A stretch of DNA of 64,000 nt, from positions 162,871 to 226,870 of the forward strand of contig CAVQBY010000001.1 in NCBI GenBank assembly GCA_963710925.1, in the 5' to 3' direction. Positions 44,397 to 58,389 of this stretch are shown here, in pieces; position 1 is the first letter of the stretch; the number at the start of each line of letters is the position of its first letter. This DNA comes from an uncultured Pseudomonadota bacterium. GTDB lineage: Bacteria > Pseudomonadota > Alphaproteobacteria > Micropepsales > Micropepsaceae. Under the pieces are notes generated by a model. It had not been told where the DNA came from, made no database searches, and saw only the letters and a list, made by a program, of their open reading frames with translations. Position numbers and translations under genes: made by a program.

Positions 44397-45095
44397 TTAC
44401 GCTTCGCGATAGCGGTAGCCAACGCCGTAAAGCGTTTCGATGGCGTCGAAATCGTCGTCCACTACCTTGAATTTCTTGCGCAGTCGCTTGATGTGGCTGT
44501 CGATCGTGCGATCGTCCACATAGACCTGATCATCATAGGCGGCATCCATGAGGTTGTCGCGGCTCTTCACGAAACCCGGGCGCTGCGCCAGGCATTGCAG
44601 GATCAGGAATTCGGTCACGGTCAGCCGCACCGGCTTGCCGTCCCAGGTGCATTCGTGGCGCTGGGGGTCGAGCACCAGCTTGCCGCGCACCATGGCCTCC
44701 TTCTTGGGTTCGGCACTGGCACCTGGCTTGTGGCCCTCGGCGCGGCGCAGCACGGCCTTCACCCGCTCCAGCAGCAGGCGTTGGGAGAAGGGCTTGCGGA
44801 TGTAATCGTCGGCGCCGGCATTCAGCCCCATCAATTCGTCGATCTCTTCATCCTTGGAGGTGAGGAAGATGACCGGAAGATCGGCCGTCTGCTTGAGGCG
44901 GCGCAGCAGCTCCAGCCCGTCCATGCGCGGCATCTTGATGTCGAGGATGGCCAGGTCCGGCGGCGTCGCCGACAGGCCGGAAAGCGCGGCGGCGCCGTCT
45001 GAGAAGGTTCGGACGTGATAGCCCTCCTGTTCCAGCAGCATGCTGACCGAGGTCAGGATGTTCTTGTCGTCGTCGACCAGCGCGATCGTCGCCAT
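44397..45095 (-). CDS. chvI: Response regulator ChvI
   Basis: [48 protein letters not shown]. Confidence 0.96.
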   Translation of the reverse strand: MATIALVDDDKNILTSVSMLLEQEGYHVRTFSDGAAALSGLSATPPDLAILDIKMPRMDGLELLRRLKQTADLPVIFLTSKDEEIDELMGLNAGADDYIRKPFSQRLLLERVKAVLRRAEGHKPGASAEPKKEAMVRGKLVLDPQRHECTWDGKPVRLTVTEFLILQCLAQRPGFVKSRDNLMDAAYDDQVYVDDRTIDSHIKRLRKKFKVVDDDFDAIETLYGVGYRYREA

Positions 45096-45274
45096 GGAGA
45101 ATTTTCCGTCCCGAATTTGAGCCATCACTATAGAGGCCCGTCTCCACAAGCCAAATCCCGGGGCTGAGCCTGGAACCGATTCTGGGCGAAATTCCGGCAG
45201 GAGCCCCGCGAGGACCGTGCCTCCCGGATGCCCGGCCCCCCGGGCAGAGCGCGGCGTCGTGCTCGGCGGCCAGG

Positions 45275-45748
45275 CTAGATGAAGGCGACCTTCAGGATTT
45301 CATAGGAGTGGGCCCCGCCTGGCGCAGCCACCTCCACCGAGTCCCCGACGGTCTTGCCGATCAGCGCCCGCGAGATCGGGCTGGAGATCGAGATGCGGCC
45401 CTTCTTGGCATCGGCTTCCATGTCGCCGACGATCTGGAACTTGCGCTCCTCGTCGGTGTCCTCGTCGACCAGGGTCACCGTGGCGCCGAATTTGACGGTC
45501 TCGCCGCTGAGCTTGGAGACGTCGATGACGTCGGCCCGGCCGATCATGTCCTCCAGTTCGATGACCCGGCCCTCGATGAAGGCCTGGCGTTCCTTGGCCG
45601 CGTGATACTCGGCGTTTTCGGACAGATCGCCATGGGCCCGGGCCTCGGAGATCATCTTGATGACGCTGGGACGCTCCACCGATTTCAGGTGGTTGATTTC
45701 GTCCTCGAGGGCTTTGTAGCCCGCGGCCGTCATGGGTATGCGTTCCAT
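45275..45748 (-). CDS. greA: Transcription elongation factor GreA
   Basis: [22 protein letters not shown]. Confidence 0.97.
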   Translation of the reverse strand: MERIPMTAAGYKALEDEINHLKSVERPSVIKMISEARAHGDLSENAEYHAAKERQAFIEGRVIELEDMIGRADVIDVSKLSGETVKFGATVTLVDEDTDEERKFQIVGDMEADAKKGRISISSPISRALIGKTVGDSVEVAAPGGAHSYEILKVAFI

Positions 45749-45845
45749 CGAATTCCTGATCCTGGTATCGGCAAAAGCCCGCCTTGCGGCCCTGCCCGCA
45801 GGGTGAAGGCCGAGGCAAAAGGCGCCGTCTCTTAACTAGTTCCTT

Positions 45846-45889
45846 GTTCTGCCTGGGTTCTTTCTACGCAACCGGCAGCGACTGGGCAA
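45846..45889 (-). promoter_or_regulatory. greA promoter with candidate LexA box
   Basis: TTGCCC-N17-TAGAAA immediately followed by GAAC-N7-GAAC (plus strand GTTCTGCCTGGGTTC, 45846-45860). Confidence 0.45.
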
Positions 45890-46006
45890 AACTCTAGGAC
45901 CGGAGAAGGATGACTTCAAGGGACGCAAATATTCCGTCCCCGGCAATTGTCGGCGCTCCAGGGGGCTAGCGAGCCGGGCCCGCCTGACGACGGACACGCG
46001 ATCGGG

Positions 46007-49350
<3,344 letters not shown>

Positions 49351-49494
49351 GTTTGGTCTCGCGCGCAACGTGGCGCGCGGGTAGGGCGCGCCGTGTCAGG
49401 CCGGATTGCAGGTTAAGGGGACCGTTTAGCGGGGAGTCGGGGAGCGGGCAACCCCGAACCCGGCCCGGTCGGACGATTGCACGCTATGCCGCGT

Positions 49495-50541
49495 CTAGCT
49501 GCGCCATTTCAGCACCCGGTCGGTCACCGGATTCACGAAGGCCGCGCCGGTGGCCACCGATTCGGCCCAGGCTTTTTTCAGCCGGTGGTACCAGATGGCC
49601 GGCTGGTCGGCGTCCTGGATCAGCATCAGTCGGGGGTTGAACTTCAGCCCCTCCTTCTGAAGTTCCACCATCCGCCGGTCGTCGCCCAGGAAGGTCTCGC
49701 CCAGCGCCCAGAAGAATGGCTTGATGAAGCCCAGCCAGGCCGGCCAGTACTGGATCTGGGTCACCTGCGTGGTCTCGGCGTCGATCGGTGTGCACACCGT
49801 CAGCCCCACCACCTCGACGCGCTTGCCCAGCAGCGTGCCCGCGACGATCTCGAATCGCGTCGACGGCAGCTCGAAGGTGATTTCGGTGGTCACATCGGCG
49901 CCCAGCATCTTGTAGGCCGGCTTGGACTGGGCTGGTGGCGCTTCATGACAAAGCCTGTCGGCAGAGGGCCATAGGCCTTTTCCTTCACCCTGCGGCGTCA
50001 CCCGCCACCACCAGCGACCATGGACGTAAGGGGCATGGGCCGGATCCATCAGGCCGATCACCGCGTGATCGATGGGGCAGTGGAAGGTCTGGCTCATGGA
50101 CCAGCGCGGGCGCGCCCCCGCCAGCGGAACCCGGGGCGGCTCGCCGGTCGGCGCGGCCGTCTCCTGGCCCTCGGCCGCCATATAGACCCAGACCAGCCCG
50201 TCCTGCTCGCGCGCCGGATAGGCGCGCACGCGCACCTTGGCCGGGTCCATGTCCTGGCCCTCGACCAGCGAGGGGATCATCGAGCAGACCCCGTCGGTGC
50301 GGAAGCGCCAGCCGTGATAGGGGCACTCGACGGTGCCTTCGGCGAGGACCTGTCCGGCGGACAGGGGCACGCCGCGATGGGGGCAGATGTCGCGCAGCGC
50401 GAACACCTCACCCTGGCGCGTGCGGCCCAGCATGACCGGTTCGCCCAGCAGCAACTGGCGGCGCATCGCGCCCGGCTTCAGGCCGGCGGCGAGGCCGGCC
50501 ATGTACCAGAGATTTCGCAGCGGCGCGTCTTCGGTGGCCAT
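49495..50541 (-). CDS. Rieske non-heme iron oxygenase alpha subunit
   Basis: CPH...CPYH Rieske motif; DPAHAPYVH. Confidence 0.9.
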   Translation of the reverse strand: MATEDAPLRNLWYMAGLAAGLKPGAMRRQLLLGEPVMLGRTRQGEVFALRDICPHRGVPLSAGQVLAEGTVECPYHGWRFRTDGVCSMIPSLVEGQDMDPAKVRVRAYPAREQDGLVWVYMAAEGQETAAPTGEPPRVPLAGARPRWSMSQTFHCPIDHAVIGLMDPAHAPYVHGRWWWRVTPQGEGKGLWPSADRLCHEAPPAQSKPAYKMLGADVTTEITFELPSTRFEIVAGTLLGKRVEVVGLTVCTPIDAETTQVTQIQYWPAWLGFIKPFFWALGETFLGDDRRMVELQKEGLKFNPRLMLIQDADQPAIWYHRLKKAWAESVATGAAFVNPVTDRVLKWRS

Positions 50542-50639
50542 CGGCTCCCGCCCCAGTTCGCTCGAACCCGGACGTAGCGCGGGCCCGCCGCTTTGTCACC
50601 TTCGCCCGATGCCGCGGGCCAGGCGTCCGGGCATGCCGG

Positions 50640-51731
50640 TCAGGGCTTGCCGCTGGATTTTTTGGGTTTGCTGTCGAGCGGCTTGAGCAGATTCGCCAGG
50701 CTGGTCGTGAACTGGGCGCCTTTATAGGCCGGGATCTGGAAGATCCAGCCGCCGGCGGCCTTGTTGATCTTGCGGGCCTCGGCCTTGGCGTCGTCCTTGC
50801 CGGCGGCGGCCTCCGCGGACAGGCGGGCCCAATAGACCTCGCCCTTCTTGACGATGTCGGCGGTCACGGTGAGCCCGTCGAAGGTCTTGGTCACGAGCCG
50901 GGCCGCATTGGAGAAGTCGACGGTGTGGGCTGGGGCGACCTGATCGAAAGTGAAGCCGACCAGGCTGGCGGCGACCCCGTCCGGCGCGCTCGGATAGGCC
51001 GTCTCTCTTCCCTTGGGCATGTTGACGATCTGGAAGTCGGAATCGCTCGGCTTGTCGCGGCGGATGACATAGGACGGCCCCTGCGGCGGGAAGACATCGG
51101 CCTCCTGAATGCGCGCGCGGTCGATGCCGACGACATCCTTGTTCATCCAGTCCTTGGGATCGGGGGCGGGCGTGAAGACGCTGCGCACGAGCCAGCTCTG
51201 ATCGGAGCCGATTTTGCGCACGAACAGGCCGGTGGCCCCACCGGGGTCGCCAATGTCCTTGGTCTTGCCGGCGATCATGCTGGCCAGCACCTGGCCCTTG
51301 TCGTTCAGCAGCGTGATCCGTGTGCCCTTGCCGCCTTTGCCCGGCGCGTCGAGATCGAGATAGTGGAGCCAGTCCTTGCGATCGGTCTGCGGGCGAACGG
51401 TCTCCAGTCCCGACATGCCGACCACCGTTTTGCGCACTTGCGCGAAATCGGCGGGATAGTCGTGCTGGGACGGCAGCACCCAGCCGGTCGACGGTTTGAA
51501 GGCGATATCGACCGGACCATACTTCTTCGAATCGATCTGGATCCGCGCGACCTGGCGGTTGTGACTGGCCAGATCCGGAAAGAAGGTGTGCGGCGTGTTC
51601 TTGGGCGCCACCAGCGAGGCCTGATGCCATAGCGCCAGCGCCGCCAGCGCCACCATGGCAACGGCGACAACCGCCAGGACCGCGAGATTGCGGCGCCGCG
51701 GATCGTGAAGGAAGGCGTTTGGGTCAGCCAT
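50640..51731 (-). CDS. DUF4340 domain protein
   Basis: N-terminal TM, W...YPAD; last gene of a Gld-like ABC operon. Confidence 0.8.
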   Translation of the reverse strand: MADPNAFLHDPRRRNLAVLAVVAVAMVALAALALWHQASLVAPKNTPHTFFPDLASHNRQVARIQIDSKKYGPVDIAFKPSTGWVLPSQHDYPADFAQVRKTVVGMSGLETVRPQTDRKDWLHYLDLDAPGKGGKGTRITLLNDKGQVLASMIAGKTKDIGDPGGATGLFVRKIGSDQSWLVRSVFTPAPDPKDWMNKDVVGIDRARIQEADVFPPQGPSYVIRRDKPSDSDFQIVNMPKGRETAYPSAPDGVAASLVGFTFDQVAPAHTVDFSNAARLVTKTFDGLTVTADIVKKGEVYWARLSAEAAAGKDDAKAEARKINKAAGGWIFQIPAYKGAQFTTSLANLLKPLDSKPKKSSGKP

Positions 51732-51740
51732 GGCTGCGTC

Positions 51741-53654
51741 TCACAAGGGCAATGCGCGCGCGCGGCGACGGCGGCGCAGGATGGCCAGCAGGAGGGCGAA
51801 CGCGGCCACGAGAATCGGCACCAGCGCGATATTGAAGAAGGCGAGGATCGAACCCAGGCGGTCCACTTCCTTGCGCAGGCTGTGCTGCACCTGCCGAAGC
51901 TGGGTGCGGGTCTCAACCAGGTCGCGCTTGAAGCGGTCGATCTCTTGTTGCTGGGCCGATGTCAGGGATGTCCCATTCTGCGCGTCGGCGTCGCTGCCGC
52001 CGCCCTGTTCGAGTGCCTTGAGCCGACTTTCGGTGTCCTTCAGCTTGGCCTGCAGCGCGTCGGCTTCCTGCTGGAAGCGCGCCTGCGCCTCGGCCTGGAG
52101 TTGCTGGACCACGACGAAGGGCCGGTTGGTCGTCGCCCGCGTGCGCAGCGAGATCAGCGCATTGGACCCGGTCAGGTTTTCGACCGCATTGAGGATGAAG
52201 GCGCCATTGTCGGCGAAGGGTGTGGTGACTTGCTTGCCGAAGACATCCTGTCTGCGGACCCAGAAGCGATCGTCGAAGATGTCGCTGTCGGCCATGACCA
52301 CGACATTGATGGCCTTGGCGGACTTGATCTGCGGTTGACCGGACTTTGCGCCGCCCGGCGGCCCATCCGGGAACGCGCTCCGGGCCGGCCCGGAGATGCG
52401 CGCGGCGAGGACATAGTGCTTGCCCGTCGGATTGACGGCCGACATCAGGTCCTGCGGCCGCTGCGTCACCTCGACCTGCGCGGTGTCGAGCAGCGAGGCT
52501 TGGTCCGAGGAGGTCACCAACGGGGTGAATGTCGTGGTGGCGCCCTTGGCCCTGGACAATGCGCCAACCGTGGCGAGATTGAGGCTCTGCAGGCTGGCCG
52601 TGATCTGGTCCTTGTCGTCGAACTCATCCTGCCCCAGATGTAGCCAGATCGGATAACTGGCTACCGGGTTGCGCGGGTCGTTGGAGACCTGCACCGGTTG
52701 GGCCAGCTTGCGGTCCGCGACGATCTTGCCGGGATCGTAGGCGATACCCCAGGCCTTGAAGAGCTTGGGCAGATCTGACGACGACGTCGCGCCCGCCCGC
52801 TGCTGGTATCCGCCGGCCTGTTTGGCGAGGTCGGAATCGGGATCGACGAAAACCAGCGCGCGTCCGCCGCCAAGCACGAACTGGTCGATGGCGTAGCGTT
52901 GATCCGGCGTCAGCTTTTCGGGCTGCACCAGCATCAGCACGTCGACATCCTTGGGGATCGTCTTGAAATCGGGGGCGAGCATCTGGGTCTTGTAGCTCTG
53001 CTGCAGTTGCTCATAGGCGGCATAGGGACGGGCGCGGCCCTGCATCGCCGCCATCATGCCGCCGGCGCCGGTGTCGATCGGCAGCGACGAGATGATGCCG
53101 AGCACCGGCTTCTTGGGCGTCGACAGGTGATAGATGAGCGAAGTCAGATCATATTCCAGATAAGGCTCGCGGTCCTGGTTGAAGAAGGGAATGACCTCCT
53201 TGCCGTCGATCGTGTTGGTGCCGACGAGGCCGAAATAGACCATGTCGCCCGAATCCGTCGGCGCCCCGCTCAGACCGGCCGCATTGGCTTGGTCTTCCGC
53301 GGCGGTATAGGGCTCGGGATCGACCTCCTCGAGCACGATCTTGCCATTCGACAGCGCGGCATATTCCTGTAGGAGGTCGCGCACGCGGCTGGCATAGGCC
53401 CGGATCTGTGCGTAGTCGGCCGCGGTCTTCTTCGAATAGTAGAATTTGAGTGTGATCGGTTCCTTCAGCCCGGCCAGCGTCTCGCGCGTGCCCTTGGCGA
53501 GCGTGTAAAGCCCGTTCTCGGTCAGGTCGAGGCGCGCGGTCGTGAGGCTGGCGTCGGAGGCAATGTTGAGCGCGACGAAGATGACCGCGGCCAGGGCCAC
53601 AGCCGTGATGGCATAGAGCCGTCGGGACATCGATCTGCGGGTATGCGCCTGCAT
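51741..53654 (-). CDS. GldG-family ABC auxiliary component
   Basis: RLDLTENGLYTL, EYDLT, IDQFVLGGG, ADSD, NAVENL, C-terminal coiled coil and TM. Confidence 0.88.
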   Translation of the reverse strand: MQAHTRRSMSRRLYAITAVALAAVIFVALNIASDASLTTARLDLTENGLYTLAKGTRETLAGLKEPITLKFYYSKKTAADYAQIRAYASRVRDLLQEYAALSNGKIVLEEVDPEPYTAAEDQANAAGLSGAPTDSGDMVYFGLVGTNTIDGKEVIPFFNQDREPYLEYDLTSLIYHLSTPKKPVLGIISSLPIDTGAGGMMAAMQGRARPYAAYEQLQQSYKTQMLAPDFKTIPKDVDVLMLVQPEKLTPDQRYAIDQFVLGGGRALVFVDPDSDLAKQAGGYQQRAGATSSSDLPKLFKAWGIAYDPGKIVADRKLAQPVQVSNDPRNPVASYPIWLHLGQDEFDDKDQITASLQSLNLATVGALSRAKGATTTFTPLVTSSDQASLLDTAQVEVTQRPQDLMSAVNPTGKHYVLAARISGPARSAFPDGPPGGAKSGQPQIKSAKAINVVVMADSDIFDDRFWVRRQDVFGKQVTTPFADNGAFILNAVENLTGSNALISLRTRATTNRPFVVVQQLQAEAQARFQQEADALQAKLKDTESRLKALEQGGGSDADAQNGTSLTSAQQQEIDRFKRDLVETRTQLRQVQHSLRKEVDRLGSILAFFNIALVPILVAAFALLLAILRRRRRARALPL

Positions 53655-53655
53655 C

Positions 53656-54390
53656 TCAGCCGGCCCTCTTCAGATCGATGAGGACGACATTGACGGTCAG
53701 GAACAGCGCGATCAGGGAGAAGAAGAAGATCATGTCGCGCAAATCGATGACGCCCGACGAGATCGCGGAAAAATGCGTCAGGAAGCTGAACGAGGACACC
53801 GCCGTGACCAGCGTCAGCGGCGCCCAGGCGCGGAAGACATCAAGCACCAGCGGCGCGCCGGAGATCGTGAACAGAAAGCAGACCGCGACGGACACGACAA
53901 AGGCGATCACCTGATTGTTGGTCGCCGCCGAAATCGCCGCCCCGATGGCCAGGTACCCGCCGGCCATGAGGAAACTGCCGAAATAGCCGGCCAGGATCAC
54001 GCCATTGTCCGGATTGCCCAGATAATTGACCGTCAGCCAGATCGGGAAGGTCAGCAGAAGGGCGATGCCGGTGAAGGCCCAGGCGGCCAGATATTTCCCA
54101 GCCACCGTCGCCCAGAGCGGCACCGGCAGGGTCAGCAGCAATTCCATCGTACCGGTGCGTCGTTCTTCGGCCCATAGCCGCATCGAGATCGCCGGCACCA
54201 GGAACAGATAGAGCCAGGGATGATAATTGAAGAACACCGTCAGGTCGGCAATGCCGTTCTGGTAGAAATGGCCGATATAGAATGTGAAGGCCCCCATCGC
54301 GAACAGGAAGATCACGATAAAGACATAAGCCAGCGGCGTCGCGAAATAGGCCGCGAATTCGCGCTTGAAGATCGACATCATCGGGCTCAT
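53656..54390 (-). CDS. ABC-2 permease (GldF-like)
   Basis: YFATPLAY, MRLWAEERRTGTMELLLT. Confidence 0.9.
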   Translation of the reverse strand: MSPMMSIFKREFAAYFATPLAYVFIVIFLFAMGAFTFYIGHFYQNGIADLTVFFNYHPWLYLFLVPAISMRLWAEERRTGTMELLLTLPVPLWATVAGKYLAAWAFTGIALLLTFPIWLTVNYLGNPDNGVILAGYFGSFLMAGGYLAIGAAISAATNNQVIAFVVSVAVCFLFTISGAPLVLDVFRAWAPLTLVTAVSSFSFLTHFSAISSGVIDLRDMIFFFSLIALFLTVNVVLIDLKRAG

Positions 54391-55364
54391 GCGCGGGCCT
54401 CTTTGCCGTGGGTTTCCCGCGCCCGGGCGGCGTCGTGGGTCGTGACGGCGCGGAACACGTCGTCGAGCCGTCCGGCTTCCGCATATAGCTCCCTCACGTC
54501 CCATTTCTCGGCCACGGCCAAGGCACTGACGTCCTCGATCAGCATGGCGCCGGAATTGGGAAAGGCCGTCAGGGCGACGGTGCCGTCGCGCCGCACGATC
54601 TGCTCAACGCTGACCACGGCGTTCATCGATTTCAGTTTGGCTTTCGCGCTGTCGGCCTGTGCCGGTGCCAGTGCGATCGTCACGGCATTGTGGTGGCGCG
54701 AGCGCGCCAGCAGTTGGTTCGGCGTTCCGTCGGCGACCACGCGTCCGCGATCGATTATGACGGCGCGCGTGCAGATCGCCTCGACCTCCTCGAGCAGATG
54801 GGTCGAGACGATGATCGCCTTTTGCGGCGCCATGGCGCGGATCAGCGACCGTACGGCATGTTTCTGATTGGGGTCGAGGCCGTCTGTGGGTTCGTCCATG
54901 ATCAGCACCGGCGGGTCGTGCAGGATCGCCTGGGCCAGCCCGACCCGGCGCTTGAAGCCCTTCGACAGCGTCTCGATGGATTGTTCCAGAACCGGATCGA
55001 GCTCGGTCTTGGCGATCGCGGCCTCGGCGCGCTGTTTCGCTTCGGCGCCCTTGAAACCGCGCACCTCGGCGATGAAGGCCAGGAATTGACGCGCGGTCAT
55101 GTCGCCATAGGCCGGTGCCCCTTCGGGCAGATAGCCGATCAGCCGCTGGGCGGCGATCGTCTGGCGTTCCACATCGTGGCCGCAGATCCGCACCTGGCCG
55201 CTGGTGGGCGCCAGATAGCCGGTCACCATCTTCATGGTCGTGGATTTGCCGGCGCCGTTGGGGCCGAGAAAGCCCAGCACTTCGCCCTTGGCGACCGAAA
55301 GGTCGATCCCGGCGACAGCCGCGATCGGACCAAAGTGCTTCGTCAGTCCCTGGATTTCGATCAT
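54387..55364 (-). CDS. ABC ATP-binding protein (GldA-like)
   Basis: GPNGAGKST, LSKG, MDEPT, STH. Confidence 0.92.
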   Translation of the reverse strand: MIEIQGLTKHFGPIAAVAGIDLSVAKGEVLGFLGPNGAGKSTTMKMVTGYLAPTSGQVRICGHDVERQTIAAQRLIGYLPEGAPAYGDMTARQFLAFIAEVRGFKGAEAKQRAEAAIAKTELDPVLEQSIETLSKGFKRRVGLAQAILHDPPVLIMDEPTDGLDPNQKHAVRSLIRAMAPQKAIIVSTHLLEEVEAICTRAVIIDRGRVVADGTPNQLLARSRHHNAVTIALAPAQADSAKAKLKSMNAVVSVEQIVRRDGTVALTAFPNSGAMLIEDVSALAVAEKWDVRELYAEAGRLDDVFRAVTTHDAARARETHGKEARA

Positions 55365-55590
55365 GGCGTCAGCGGCGCCGCAATTTCGGCGCATCGGCCC
55401 CTTCAGTATCCCTTGCCACTTAGAGAAAACGCGCTTTGGTCGCAAGGCTGCAATGGTTACGGTTCGGTCATTGGCTCAGCCGCGCGGGTCACACTTTTTG
55501 CTGTTTCCCGCCGGCCTGTGCTCCGGTCACAATGGCTGGCGCCATGCGCCGGCGCGGCAAGCGTAATGCGAGTCCGGGAGGAGAAGAAGC

Positions 55591-55956
55591 GTGATTGGAA
55601 TTCGGCCGTTGCTGCGTGCCACGCTGGTGGGAATTGTCTTGCAGATCGCCATGTATCTGCTGGGCCATTACAGCCGCTGGTTTGCCGTCAATGTATTCGG
55701 CTTTGGCGGCATGATGATTTCGGCCACCGCCGGCTATCTCTACGCCATGGATGCGGCGAGCGGGTACTTCTCCGGCGCCACGGGCGGCGCCATCGCCGGG
55801 GGGCTGTGCGGCTTTATCGGTCTGGCGCTGTCGGCGGCGCTTGGCGACGTCTTTCCCGCCTTCATCGCGACCGGCACGGCCATCGCCGTGGCGGTCGGCG
55901 CCATTGGTGGGCTGTTCGGCCAGATGGCGGCCAACTGGCGCGCGATGGAGCGCTGA
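55591..55956 (+). CDS. Small Gly-rich membrane protein
   Basis: Four hydrophobic segments; GGAGG upstream of a GTG start. Confidence 0.7.
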   Translation: MIGIRPLLRATLVGIVLQIAMYLLGHYSRWFAVNVFGFGGMMISATAGYLYAMDAASGYFSGATGGAIAGGLCGFIGLALSAALGDVFPAFIATGTAIAVAVGAIGGLFGQMAANWRAMER

Positions 55957-55958
55957 TC

Positions 55959-56702
55959 TCAGATCCGCAGCGTCAGTCCGCCGTCGACGACCAGCCCGTG
56001 GCCGGTGACGAAGCCGCCATCGTCGGAGGCCAGGAACAGCGCTGCGCGTGCCAGGTCGATGGGCTTGCCGCGCCGGCGCAGCGCCGCCTTCTTGGCCCAG
56101 ATTTCGGCAACCTCCGGCCGCGCCTCCCATAGCGGCTTGGTCATGCCGGTCTCGATGGCGCCGGGCTCCAGATAGTTCGCGGTGATGGCGAACTTTCCCA
56201 GCTCCAGCGCCAGCGTGCGTGTCAGGCCGGCGACGCCCGCTTTCGATGCGCAATAGGCGGCCAGGCCGTAATCGGTGCCTTCGGCCATGACCGAGGCGAC
56301 ATTGATGATGCGGCCGGCGGGCGATTGTTTCAGTTCTGGAATGGCGCGCTGACACAGCCGGAACTGCGCCGTGAGATTGACCGAAAGCGTGCGGTCCCAA
56401 TCTGTCTGCGCCATGGCCTCGGCCAGCGCATTGGTGCCGATCCCGGCATTGTTCATCACGATATCGAGCTTGCCGAAGCGGGCCAGCGCCTCGGCGACAA
56501 TCAGCTCGGCGGCGTCATCCTCGGCGACGCTCTTCTCGAAGGTGGCGATGGCGGCGATGCCGGCATGGGCGTCGGCGAGGCCCTTGCCCGGCAGGTCGAT
56601 CGCGAGAACCTGCGCGCCTTCCGCCGCGAAGAGCTGGGCGCTGGCCGCGCCGATTCCGGATGCGGCCCCGGTAACGATCGCGACCCGGTCTGCAAGGCGC
56701 AT
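55959..56702 (-). CDS. SDR family oxidoreductase
   Basis: TGAASGIG, NNAG, YCASK, VDGG. Confidence 0.93.
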   Translation of the reverse strand: MRLADRVAIVTGAASGIGAASAQLFAAEGAQVLAIDLPGKGLADAHAGIAAIATFEKSVAEDDAAELIVAEALARFGKLDIVMNNAGIGTNALAEAMAQTDWDRTLSVNLTAQFRLCQRAIPELKQSPAGRIINVASVMAEGTDYGLAAYCASKAGVAGLTRTLALELGKFAITANYLEPGAIETGMTKPLWEARPEVAEIWAKKAALRRRGKPIDLARAALFLASDDGGFVTGHGLVVDGGLTLRI

Positions 56703-57057
56703 CGACCCCTCCCAATAGATGTTCGCGCCGCACCGTGCCGTGGGCGCGGCGGCGGCGCAATTGCGCGGGGGCGAAAGCCGATTCTGGGCGGAGAATTTAT
56801 CGGTCGACCGCGGCGAAAAAGCCCGGGAGTGGGGGCTGGGGGGCTTGATTCTCCCCGGTCTCTTCGTCCACGCGGTCGACCGACGCTGGCACTGTCGCGC
56901 CGGAAAGCGGCTGGCGCATGGTGCAATCGTGACCTTTTCATGGCTCACACATCTGTGATCGGAGGGATGGCGGGGCCCCTGCGGCGCTGCTTCCGCTGCG
57001 TCACCGGCACCCGATCCGGGCTTGCCCGGGAGCCTCTGCGGGCCCATCATCCCCGTG

Positions 57058-57456
57058 ATGGCAGAAGAACCCATAGCGTTTTCCCGCGCGGAGTCCCGCT
57101 CCTCCGCGCGGATGCGATCGGCAAGCGGATATTCCTCCAGCCCCAATGTGGCGCAGGTGCGCTTCGACCGCGGCGAGCTGAACCGCATCCTCGGCGTCTA
57201 TGGCCGCATGGTCTCCGCCGGTGAATGGCGCGATTACGCCATGGACTTCCTGGAGGACCGGGCGGTGTTCTCGGTCTTCCGGCGCGCCAGCGAAATGCCG
57301 CTCTACACCATCGAGAAGCGTCCGAAGCTCAGGGCCAAGCAGGGCCAGTATTCCGTGGTCGCTGCGGGTGGCCAGATCCTCAAGCGCGGCCATGAGCTGG
57401 CGCAGGTGCTGCGCGTCCTCGAAAAGAAGCTCATCAAGGCGCTGGCGGCCGAGTAG
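57058..57456 (+). CDS. DUF2794 domain protein
   Basis: FDRGELNRILGVYGRMVSAGEWRDYA...ILKRGHEL. Confidence 0.9.
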   Translation: MAEEPIAFSRAESRSSARMRSASGYSSSPNVAQVRFDRGELNRILGVYGRMVSAGEWRDYAMDFLEDRAVFSVFRRASEMPLYTIEKRPKLRAKQGQYSVVAAGGQILKRGHELAQVLRVLEKKLIKALAAE

Positions 57457-57465
57457 CGGCCAAAG

Positions 57466-57497
57466 CAAAAGGCCCCGGCATTTCTGCCAGGGCCTTC
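57466..57497. terminator. Hairpin terminator between convergent genes
   Basis: AAAAGGCCCCGGCA-TTTC-TGCCAGGGCCTT. Confidence 0.7.
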
Positions 57498-57519
57498 GCT
57501 GTCCATCCTGTGCTGTCGC

Positions 57520-58272
57520 CTAGCGGCGGTTGCCGAGCAGCTGCATCAGCATGATGAACAGGTTGATGAAGTCGAGATAGAGGCGCAGCGCGCCGATGAT
57601 GGCGGCGCGGCCGGCCATGGTGCCGTCCATGTTGGCCGAGTACTGCTCCTTGATCGACTGGGTGTCATAGGCGGTCAGACCGGTGAAGATCAGAACGCCC
57701 GCCACCGAGATCACGAACTGCATCATCGTCGAGCCCAGGAACATGTTCACGACCGAGGCGATGATGATGCCGATCAGGCCCATGAACAGGAACGAGCCCC
57801 AGGCCGACAGGTCGCGCTTGGTGGTGTAGCCGTACAGGCTCATGGCGCCGAAGGTGGCTGCCGTGATGAAGAACACCTGCGCCACGCTGGCGCCCGTATA
57901 GAGCAGCAGGATCGGCGCCAGCGAAACGCCCATCAGGGCGGCATAGCCCCAGAAGGTGGCCTGCGCCGCGCCGACGCTCATCTTTTCGATGCGGAAGGAA
58001 AGGAACAGCACAAAGCCGATCGGCGCCAGCAGCGCCACCCAGCCCAGCGTCGACAGGGCCATCGCCGGGCCCTTGGCCGTCATGGCGACGGTGAAGAACA
58101 GGCTGCGGATGGCCGGCACGCTGGCCACGATCCAGGCGGACATGCCGGTCAGGCCCAGGCCGATCAGCATATAATTGTAGACGCGCAGCATATGGGCCCT
58201 CAGCCCGGCGTCGTAGAGCCCGGCGTCGGTCGCGGACTGGCTGCGCAGCACCCGGTTGTAATCATTGGCCAT
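57520..58272 (-). CDS. Bax inhibitor-1/YccA family membrane protein
   Basis: DAGLRAHMLRVYNYM, YGYTTKRDLS, AYDTQ, LYLDFINLF. Confidence 0.94.
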   Translation of the reverse strand: MANDYNRVLRSQSATDAGLYDAGLRAHMLRVYNYMLIGLGLTGMSAWIVASVPAIRSLFFTVAMTAKGPAMALSTLGWVALLAPIGFVLFLSFRIEKMSVGAAQATFWGYAALMGVSLAPILLLYTGASVAQVFFITAATFGAMSLYGYTTKRDLSAWGSFLFMGLIGIIIASVVNMFLGSTMMQFVISVAGVLIFTGLTAYDTQSIKEQYSANMDGTMAGRAAIIGALRLYLDFINLFIMLMQLLGNRR

Positions 58273-58389
58273 GGAACAAATACCTCCTTCGCCGGCCATG
58301 CGGCCGGGTTTGACCTAATATCGGGATTGGCCGGGGCCGGATCAAGGGTGCGGGGCCAACTCCGTCGAGAACGTAATGCGGGGGACCGA

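Noticed and set aside
50640-55364. Gliding motility system
   Set aside because: GldA/F/G-like ABC plus DUF4340 operons are widespread in non-gliding proteobacteria, and no T9SS genes are present here
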